Positions 26,096 through 33,183 of a stretch of DNA of 33,183 nucleotides are shown here, one piece after another. The position numbers and the translations under genes are program-made. The notes under the pieces are model-generated. The model worked only from the letters and a program-made list of their open reading frames with translations. It was not told where the DNA came from and searched no databases. Source of the stretch: Thermoplasmatota archaeon (lineage in GTDB: Archaea; Thermoplasmatota; JAKEGO01); NCBI GenBank assembly GCA_028279595.1, contig JANQNK010000005.1, positions 1-33,183 of the forward strand, written 5' to 3'. Position 1 is the stretch's first letter; each line of letters opens with the position of its first letter.

Positions 26096-27343
26096 ATGAC
26101 CCACCCATTCCTAACGCTCGACGACCTAGACCTGGATGGGAGCAAGGTACTCGTAAGGGTGGATTTCAACTCTCCGATCGACCCGGAGAGGCGGGACCTG
26201 ATGGACGACACCAGGATAATCTCGCACATCGAGACACTGAGGGCACTCAAGGACGCAGCGGTGGTCGTCATGGCGCACCAGTCGCGCCCGGGAAAGAACG
26301 ATTTTACCACGCTCCAGCCGCACGCCCGGCGTCTCAGGCGGCACATGGACATGCCCGTCCATTTCGAGGACACGCTCTTCAGCAACAATGCGCTAAGACG
26401 GATAGATGAACTCGAATCCGGCGAGATCATGCTCCTCGAGAACGTCAGGTTCTATTCAGAGGAGATATCCCTGAAGGGCGACGCGGAAACCCTCTCTAAA
26501 TGCCGTTATATCAGGAAACTGGCTCCGCATTTCGACATATTCGTCAACGACGCATTCGCCGCGGCCCACAGGGCGCAGCCGAGCACTGTCGGCTTCATAC
26601 CCCACCTGCCCTCAGCGGCCGGAATGCTCATGGAGCGCGAGCTCACCGTCCTCGGGAAGGTGCTCTCTACTTCCCAGAAACCGTCCATCGCCCTCCTCGG
26701 AGGCGCTAAGGCGGACGATTCAATCAGGATCATGGAGAACATGCTCGGCAACGACATCGTCGACAAGGTGCTGACGACGGGCGTCGTCGGGAACATCATG
26801 CTCTTGGCCAAGGGCGTATCCCTTGGAAAACCATCCGAGACATTCATCAAGAAGCACATCTCGAAGTCCGACGAGATCCTCGAGAAGGGCAGATCGCTCC
26901 TCGAGAAGTACAAGGACAGGATCGAGGTGCCGACGGATGTCGCCCTGAACGTCGACGGGACAAGGCGGGGCCTGACGGTCGAGCGCCTGCCATCCGAGAA
27001 GCCGATCCACGACATCGGTCTCGACACCGTCGTCCATTACGCCAACGAGATAGAGGGTGCAGGGTCCGTCATAGTCAACGGCCCCTCCGGGGTCTTCGAA
27101 CTGCCGGAGTTCGCCTTCGGCACCGAGGAACTGTTCCTCGCCCTGTCACGCTCCAAGGGCTTCACGGTCGCGGGCGGCGGCGAGACGAGCGCCGTCCTGA
27201 CGAGGATGGGCCTCAAGGGCGAGGTCGACCACGTCAGCACGGGCGGAGGCGCATGCATCACGATGCTCGGCGGCAAGCAGCTTGAGGTCGACAAGGCGCT
27301 CCGGACCGCAAAGCAGTGGTACGAAGAAGGCCGATACCACTGA
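26096..27343 (+). CDS. pgk: Phosphoglycerate kinase
   Basis: VRVDFNSP, AHQSRP, LLENVRF, VNDAFAAAHRA, GGAK, NGP.GVFE and HVSTGGGA motifs. Confidence 0.97.
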   Translation: MTHPFLTLDDLDLDGSKVLVRVDFNSPIDPERRDLMDDTRIISHIETLRALKDAAVVVMAHQSRPGKNDFTTLQPHARRLRRHMDMPVHFEDTLFSNNALRRIDELESGEIMLLENVRFYSEEISLKGDAETLSKCRYIRKLAPHFDIFVNDAFAAAHRAQPSTVGFIPHLPSAAGMLMERELTVLGKVLSTSQKPSIALLGGAKADDSIRIMENMLGNDIVDKVLTTGVVGNIMLLAKGVSLGKPSETFIKKHISKSDEILEKGRSLLEKYKDRIEVPTDVALNVDGTRRGLTVERLPSEKPIHDIGLDTVVHYANEIEGAGSVIVNGPSGVFELPEFAFGTEELFLALSRSKGFTVAGGGETSAVLTRMGLKGEVDHVSTGGGACITMLGGKQLEVDKALRTAKQWYEEGRYH

Positions 27344-27375
27344 CCGAGAAGGCCGGGAACTACATATACCAGGAA

Positions 27376-27381
27376 TTTATA
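27376..27381 (+). promoter_or_regulatory. TATA box of tRNA-Thr
   Basis: TTTATA about 30 nt upstream of the tRNA 5' end. Confidence 0.55.
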
Positions 27382-27409
27382 GGGGAGCAGTGCCTCTGAC
27401 GGCGTATAT

Positions 27410-27483
27410 GCCACCGTAGCTCAGTTGGCTGGAGCGGCCGCCTCGTAAGCGGCAGGTCGAGGGTTCGAATCCCTCCGGTGGCT
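27410..27483 (+). tRNA. tRNA-Thr(CGU), CCA not encoded
   Basis: GCCACCG/CGGUGGC acceptor stem, GCUC/GAGC D-stem, GCCGC-CUCGUAA-GCGGC anticodon arm, GAGGG-UUCGAAU-CCCUC T-arm, discriminator U. Confidence 0.97.
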
Positions 27484-27696
27484 TCGCGGTTCTATGAGTT
27501 TGATAACATAGCGAAGCCACCATTGGCTCAGAACCCGCTCCCAAACAGGGTTGCTCGAGAATAAGAATTGAACATCTGACTGATTATTCTCGAGCGAGGG
27601 TGAGCCGAAGGCTCACCTGAACGAATCCCGATGACCCTTCGGGCCATCTGGCCCGTCGGTTAGAATAGGAGTACACTGAGGTCTTAATCCTGCGGG

Positions 27697-27712
27697 TCCC
27701 TCCGGTGGCTTC
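27697..27712 (+). repeat. 16-nt exact direct repeat of the tRNA-Thr 3' end (att-like)
   Basis: TCCCTCCGGTGGCTTC occurs at 27470-27485 and 27697-27712. Confidence 0.9.
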
Positions 27713-28718
27713 ACTCACGCTCTCTTATCAGGTAATTGATGGTGAGTTCCGCAATATCACCCGAGTATTCACCTGTACGACGGATGCTCTCGGCGATGTA
27801 ACTTTCAGCGATGGAGAACTCCCCCTCCATCTTCATGGCGTTCCTGTTGATCTTCTCGCAGAGCGGTCTGAGCTTCTTGAGCTTGTCCAGGACCATGTTC
27901 GCGGCCCTGACGTCCTTCTTCGACCATGCGTTGATCGACTCCGTGAAGAGGTCCATAGCGAAATCACTGGCCTCCTCGATGTTCTTCAGCGCGGCTGGTC
28001 TGATAGAACCCTTGATGAGAACGTCGGCATTCCCTGCGATCGCAACTGCGTGATCGCCGATCCTCTCCATGTATCGGCTGATCAGGAAGAAATAGATCGC
28101 ATCCACTGCCTTGATCCCCATGCGGCGAGCGAGCTGCGTATCCAACATGGCAATGTTCGATTGACGGGCGACCAGCCAGTGAAGGCGGTCCACGTCATCG
28201 TCCCTCTGGATGATCTCCGCGATGTCGGATGGGTCCCCTGACTTCAGTGCACCGATCCCGTCATTGTGCATGGCGCGTATGAGGATGAAAAGGCGCTTTA
28301 TCGTGTTCTCGAAGGGCATCTCCGTCGGGTCCAGGAGGTCCTTGATCCGTATCGACCGGTCGTCCTCCTCGATTATCTCTGGACCAATGGTAAGCTTAGT
28401 GAAATCGGTGACAGTATCCCGGAGCGAAGGTTCTATCGGTGGATGCCCTCTGACCTCTATCACAGAATATCCCTGAATGTATGATCCGAGTAGGATGCGA
28501 AGGAGATAGCTCGGATTGTCGATGATGGACAGGTCGATGGTCTTCGACGAGTGTGTCTTCTCCCCTTCCGTGTTCGACGTGACTATCAGGGATCCATCAG
28601 GATGAGGGATCATTCCGACTGGATCGTTCTTCTTGATCCCGTTACTTACAATCCACTCCTTCGGAAGCGTGACGACATACGATGAGCCCCCCGTCATCTG
28701 TACCTTGCGGATCTCCAT
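27711..28718 (-). CDS. AbrB-PhoU phosphate uptake regulator
   Basis: MEIRKVQMTGGSSYVVTLPKEW AbrB domain, DDDVDRL and ERIGDHA PhoU repeats; GGTGA RBS; divergent from pstS. Confidence 0.93.
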   Translation of the reverse strand: MEIRKVQMTGGSSYVVTLPKEWIVSNGIKKNDPVGMIPHPDGSLIVTSNTEGEKTHSSKTIDLSIIDNPSYLLRILLGSYIQGYSVIEVRGHPPIEPSLRDTVTDFTKLTIGPEIIEEDDRSIRIKDLLDPTEMPFENTIKRLFILIRAMHNDGIGALKSGDPSDIAEIIQRDDDVDRLHWLVARQSNIAMLDTQLARRMGIKAVDAIYFFLISRYMERIGDHAVAIAGNADVLIKGSIRPAALKNIEEASDFAMDLFTESINAWSKKDVRAANMVLDKLKKLRPLCEKINRNAMKMEGEFSIAESYIAESIRRTGEYSGDIAELTINYLIRERE

Positions 28719-28888
28719 GATCTCACCGAAACATAAGTATATAGTTTCCCTAATAAGGATTTCTATACCTAATCCATAGAAATATAGAGGCCTATATTGT
28801 TAAAAGAATATGATATATTCTCTACTGGTTAACTATATATTCACTAGCGGACTTGCATGGCCGTGAACACCACCAGAGGTGACGCAAA

Positions 28889-29899
28889 TTGAAAACTACA
28901 ACTATGAAGGCGACTGCCGTGCTCGGTGTCGTGGTCCTGATCGCTATGTCGATGACCGGTTGCACAGAGAGCGGGGATGACAAACCGAAGTTGATCCAAA
29001 CAGGATCCAGCACAGTCCTCCCATTGGCCATCGCATGGGCCGAGGAGTTCGATGACGCAGACATATTCGTTTCCGGCGGGGGCTCGAGCCACGGCATCAA
29101 CTCCCTCCTGAACGAGGAGGCAGACCTCGGCGACGCCAGCAGGCTGATGAAGGGAAGCGACTACGAGAAGGTCGGTGGGTCCGCGAGCGACGTGAACGCT
29201 GACGGTACCGCGAAGAAGGCGGCTCCGACAGGCGTTTGGCCCTACAAGTGGATAGTTGCCTACGATGTCCTCACGGTCGTCGTGAACAACGGGAACACCT
29301 GGGCGGGCGAGCTGAACTACACCCAGCTATATTCGATATTCACAGCGGGCAGCTCGCGCATCGCGAAGGCCACCTACTGGGACCAGGTCCCAGGCCTTAA
29401 CGGAACGGCCCCGCACGAGAAGATCGAGATTTACGCTCCCGACGCAGCCAGCGGAACGTACGACTACTTCTTCGAGGAGATCATCCCCGACTGGGGCGAT
29501 GATACCCAGGAGACGGACACCAGGCTCGACACGGCAGACGAGTACCAGGGCAGCGCGGACGACAACGTCATCCTGACAGCCATAAAGAACAACGAATACT
29601 CCATCGGGTTCTTCGGTTACTCCTACTACAAGGAGAACACGGCGAAGGTTAAGGCGGTCTCGATCGCGAGCGGTGACGACGACTACGTTGCTCCGGCCAT
29701 GGAGAACGTCGCTGACTACCCGATGGCGCGTCCGCTCCACATATACACCGACGGGGTCCCGACCGGCGTGATCAAGAAGTACATGCAGTACGTATTGAGC
29801 GACGAGGGACAGGCTCTGGTTCCAGAGGTCGGTTATGTGAAGCTCGAACTGGTCGATCCGGCACTCGTGACCAGCCAGAGGGCGGCACTCGAAGCCTAG
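28889..29899 (+). CDS. pstS: Phosphate ABC transporter substrate-binding lipoprotein
   Basis: Lipobox-like MTGC, TGSSTVLP, GGGSSHGI, DASR, SGTYDYF and YPMARPL motifs; TTG start after GAGGTGA (alternative ATG 28904). Confidence 0.93.
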   Translation: MKTTTMKATAVLGVVVLIAMSMTGCTESGDDKPKLIQTGSSTVLPLAIAWAEEFDDADIFVSGGGSSHGINSLLNEEADLGDASRLMKGSDYEKVGGSASDVNADGTAKKAAPTGVWPYKWIVAYDVLTVVVNNGNTWAGELNYTQLYSIFTAGSSRIAKATYWDQVPGLNGTAPHEKIEIYAPDAASGTYDYFFEEIIPDWGDDTQETDTRLDTADEYQGSADDNVILTAIKNNEYSIGFFGYSYYKENTAKVKAVSIASGDDDYVAPAMENVADYPMARPLHIYTDGVPTGVIKKYMQYVLSDEGQALVPEVGYVKLELVDPALVTSQRAALEA

Positions 29900-29956
29900 A
29901 CAACAGCCCAAGCCCGAATAGTCGACTAAAGACTAGAATATGAAACGGGATACTCG

Positions 29957-31873
29957 ATGCAATGGCCACCCCGGGGGATGCGGTTCCCCTCGAGAGATGG
30001 AAATCCGTTCAGGAAGAGGTTCAGACCAGGGGAGACCCTGATCCTCCTCCTACTGTTCATCGCAGCGAGCATAGCGGTCGCCATAAGCGCGGCGATAATC
30101 TATACGCTCGCGGACGGTTCCATCGATTTCTTCTCCTCGGGGGAGGTCGGCGTATTCGAGTTCCTTACGGGGGACAAATGGGCCCCCAGCGGGGGGAGGC
30201 CGAAGTTCGGCGTTCTCCCGCTCCTTGCGGGCACCACGATGATCGCCGGTGGTGCGCTCCTCATCGGAGCCCCACTGGGGATCGGTGCCGCTGTCTATCT
30301 GTCCGAGTTCGCGGGGAGTCGAACCAGAAGCATTTTGAAACCGATCATCGAGGTCCTGGCGGGCATTCCCTCCATCGTGTACGGGTTCTTCGCGCTCCTG
30401 GTCATCAGTCCAATATTCCAGGAGCACTTCGGTGCTGAATATTTCAACGCCATCAGTGCCATAGTAGTGCTAGCCATAATGATATTGCCTATAGTCGTCA
30501 GCATCTCGGACGATGCGATGAAGGCTGTCCCGATGGAGCTCAGGGAGGCATCCTATGCCATGGGAGCGACCCGTTGGGAGACCGCAACCCGCGTTGTCAT
30601 CCCTAGCGCATCGAGCGGGATCATCGCATCACTCCTTCTTGGGCTCGGAAGGGCGCTCGGAGAGACGATGGTTGTGGCTCTGGCTGCTGGTAGCATCGCA
30701 AAGTACCACTGGAATCCCTTCGAGGGTGTCCAGACGATGACCGCCTACATTGCACAGGTAGCCACCGGTGACATTCCACCAGGGGTCGGTGTCGATGCGG
30801 CTTATGCCGTCGGCCTCCTCCTGTTCATCATAACGTTCATTGTTAACCTGATTGCCGGGATGATTGGCACCAGGATCAACAAGGGCAAATCGATGAAGAA
30901 GAGGAGGATATCGCTCGATCCACTGATATCACGTATAGCCAAAACCACCGAACCCGTACGGACCAGGATGGCAGAGGGATGGTTCAATGTTAAAAACCGC
31001 ATACGTCCCAGGAAACGGGAGCTGACCCTTAGGAAGAGGTACATCAAGAGTTGGATCGGGATGGGGGTTACCGGAACATCCTTGGTCATCGCAGTCTTGT
31101 TCCTGGCATACCTAGTGTACACCCTACTCGAACAAGGTCTCGGCGGAATCGACAATCAGTTCTTAGGGTACTTCCCCAGCAGATGGCCCCACAAGGCCGG
31201 CATCTACCCGGTCATTCTGGGATCCCTCTACCTTATGACACTTACCATGTTGATCTCGGTTCCTGTCGGTGTTGGGGCTGCCATTTACCTTACCGAGATC
31301 GCGCCAGACAGCCTCTACACGAGGTTCCTAAGACGCATCATCCAGAACCTCGCTGGAGTGCCGTCCATCGTGTTCGGTCTAGTTGGTTACTTCATGTTCG
31401 TACGATACTTCGATCTAAAAATGAGCCTGTTATCTGGGGCCCTTACCCTTTCCATCATGGCTCTGCCTATCATCATTGTGTCAACTGAGGAGGCATTGAA
31501 ATCGGTCCCAATGGGATTCCGTGAGGCTGCCCGCGGACTTGGTGCATCACGTTGGAAGACGGTCCGCCATCATGTATTACCAAATGCCTTGCCCGGGATC
31601 ATGACGGGATCCATACTCGCCCTTTCCAGGGCAATCGGGGAGACGGCCCCGATACTGTTCATAGGGTTCACCTTCGCGAAGGTACCACCGAGCTCGATCC
31701 ATGATCCATTCCTGGCCCTACCCCTCACGATCTTCTACTGGACACGCCACGAGAAGGCGGAGTTCCACGACCTTGCAGCCAGCACGATACTTGTGCTCCT
31801 GCTCATCCTGTTCATAATGAACTCCATAGCGATCATCATACGTCATCGCGCACAATCAAGGAGGAAATGGTAA
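29957..31873 (+). CDS. pstCA: Fused phosphate ABC permeases PstC-PstA
   Basis: One 638-aa ORF with two EAA loops ([14 protein letters not shown]; [14 protein letters not shown]) and two PSIV.G and RA.GET motifs. Confidence 0.9.
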   Translation: MQWPPRGMRFPSRDGNPFRKRFRPGETLILLLLFIAASIAVAISAAIIYTLADGSIDFFSSGEVGVFEFLTGDKWAPSGGRPKFGVLPLLAGTTMIAGGALLIGAPLGIGAAVYLSEFAGSRTRSILKPIIEVLAGIPSIVYGFFALLVISPIFQEHFGAEYFNAISAIVVLAIMILPIVVSISDDAMKAVPMELREASYAMGATRWETATRVVIPSASSGIIASLLLGLGRALGETMVVALAAGSIAKYHWNPFEGVQTMTAYIAQVATGDIPPGVGVDAAYAVGLLLFIITFIVNLIAGMIGTRINKGKSMKKRRISLDPLISRIAKTTEPVRTRMAEGWFNVKNRIRPRKRELTLRKRYIKSWIGMGVTGTSLVIAVLFLAYLVYTLLEQGLGGIDNQFLGYFPSRWPHKAGIYPVILGSLYLMTLTMLISVPVGVGAAIYLTEIAPDSLYTRFLRRIIQNLAGVPSIVFGLVGYFMFVRYFDLKMSLLSGALTLSIMALPIIIVSTEEALKSVPMGFREAARGLGASRWKTVRHHVLPNALPGIMTGSILALSRAIGETAPILFIGFTFAKVPPSSIHDPFLALPLTIFYWTRHEKAEFHDLAASTILVLLLILFIMNSIAIIIRHRAQSRRKW

Positions 31874-32715
31874 TGAGTGTAGAAAGTGACGCCCAGCAAG
31901 TAATGGCCGAGGTACCAATGATCAAGGGGAATGGTGCTGGAAACGGGGTCAGGATGCCGAACAAGGTCGCCATCAAGATCAAGGATGTTGACGTATTCTA
32001 TGGGGACGTCCAGGCGATCAAGAAGGTGAGCCTGCCCCTCTACAAGAACAAGGTGACGGCGTTCATTGGTCCTAGCGGCTGCGGGAAGAGCACCCTGCTG
32101 AGGTGCATCAACCGCATGAACGATGAGATAGTGGGTTGCAAGACCACGGGGGAGATCATCTGGAAGGACATCGACATTCTGTCGAAGAAGGTAGATCCCG
32201 TCGCCCTCCGTCACAAGGTTGGAATGGTCTTCCAGAAACCGAATCCCTTCCCGAAATCGATCTGGAAGAACATCGCCTTCGGTCCGAAGATCCACGGCAC
32301 CCGGGCAAAGGACGAATTGAACGAGATCGTCGAGACCAAGCTCAAGGACGCCGCTCTCTGGGACGAGGTGAAGGACAGGCTTGACGAGCACGCCATGAGC
32401 CTTTCTGGAGGGCAACAACAGAGACTCTGCATCGCCCGTGCACTGGCCGTCGATCCGGAGGTCATTCTCATGGACGAGCCATGCTCCGCCCTCGATCCGA
32501 TCGCCACCGCAAAGATCGAGGACCTCATAACCGAGCTGAAGAAGAAGTACACTGTCGTCATTGTGACCCACAACATGCAGCAGGCTGCGCGGGTCAGCGA
32601 TTACACGGGATTCATGTACCTCGGACGACTCGTCGAGTTCGGTCGCACCGAGCAGATATTCGAGAACCCAAGGAAGCAGCTGACCGAACGTTATATTACC
32701 GGTAGATTCGGATAG
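31873..32715 (+). CDS. pstB: Phosphate ABC transporter ATP-binding protein
   Basis: [37 protein letters not shown] and YITGRFG motifs; TAATG overlap with pstCA. Confidence 0.97.
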   Translation: MSVESDAQQVMAEVPMIKGNGAGNGVRMPNKVAIKIKDVDVFYGDVQAIKKVSLPLYKNKVTAFIGPSGCGKSTLLRCINRMNDEIVGCKTTGEIIWKDIDILSKKVDPVALRHKVGMVFQKPNPFPKSIWKNIAFGPKIHGTRAKDELNEIVETKLKDAALWDEVKDRLDEHAMSLSGGQQQRLCIARALAVDPEVILMDEPCSALDPIATAKIEDLITELKKKYTVVIVTHNMQQAARVSDYTGFMYLGRLVEFGRTEQIFENPRKQLTERYITGRFG

Positions 32716-32723
32716 GTGATAGT

Positions 32724-33183
32724 ATGACCGAGAAGTTCGTTGAAGAGCTCGAGCAGCTCAAGACCGACGTAATGGAGATGGCGGACCTGTCCATCGACAT
32801 GCTCAGAGGATCGGTCGAAGCGTTGAAGAATCGAGACCGTGACACCGCCGGAAGCGTTCTGGCAAGAAAGGGAAAGCTGGCGGAGATGGACACTCAGATC
32901 GAGACCGATGCACTCAGGTTGATTGCCCTCTACTCACCAGTCGCCGGGGACATGCGGACCATCGGATGCATACTGAAGCTGATCACCTACCTCAACAGAA
33001 TCGGTCGCTACGGAAAGGACATCGCGAAGATTTCCATCGACATTTCGGAGATGGAACACATCGCCAAGCTTATCGACATACCCCGGATGGCCGACGATGC
33101 CATTGCAATGATAGAGGATGCCATCAATGCCTTCAAGACCGAGGACATCTCCCTGCTAGCCGACTTCGAGGAGCGCGATGACG
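32724..33183 (+). CDS. phoU: Phosphate signalling protein PhoU (3' truncated; not in the ORF track)
   Basis: Hand translation MTEKFVEELEQLK...LIALYSPVAGDMR...LNRIGRYGKDIA; AGGTGA RBS; follows pstB. Confidence 0.92.
   Translation, partial: MTEKFVEELEQLKTDVMEMADLSIDMLRGSVEALKNRDRDTAGSVLARKGKLAEMDTQIETDALRLIALYSPVAGDMRTIGCILKLITYLNRIGRYGKDIAKISIDISEMEHIAKLIDIPRMADDAIAMIEDAINAFKTEDISLLADFEERDD

Noticed and set aside
27631-27663. Ten-codon ORF MTLRAIWPVG within the tRNA-Thr-linked element (possible tmRNA-like tag)
   Set aside because: No RBS, and the length is expected by chance; cannot be supported without homologues.

Overview
Archaeal chromosomal window, GC-rich and mostly core genome. Thermoplasmatota-like affiliation is my inference from gene content (class I LysRS, AsnRS, PKD/NosD surface proteins with a C-terminal membrane anchor and acidic tail) and is not verified. 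Translation/DNA genes: lysS, asnS, topA, the rpl44e-rps27e-aIF2alpha-nop10 operon, an HMf-type histone and three tRNAs (Gly-CCC, Arg-GCG, Thr-CGT). Metabolism/transport: pgk, enoyl-CoA hydratase/isomerase, acyl-CoA dehydrogenase, SatP-type acetate transporter, CPA1 antiporter, NfeD-SPFH pair, and a pst/phoU phosphate locus running off the right end. Three secreted or surface proteins are also present. No integrase, transposase or CRISPR array was seen. Most notable observations: (1) a ~200-nt hairpin-rich element behind tRNA-Thr that re-uses the tRNA's 5' and 3' ends but has no anticodon arm; (2) an archaeal QueH homologue; (3) a CPA1 antiporter fused to a sequon-rich ectodomain; (4) a histone variant lacking the R19-equivalent arginine, tightly coupled to an acyl-CoA dehydrogenase; (5) a PstC-PstA fusion; (6) a microprotein with 11-mer amphipathic repeats plus a TRASH-like metal site. 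All family calls come from reading motifs by eye; no database searches were run.
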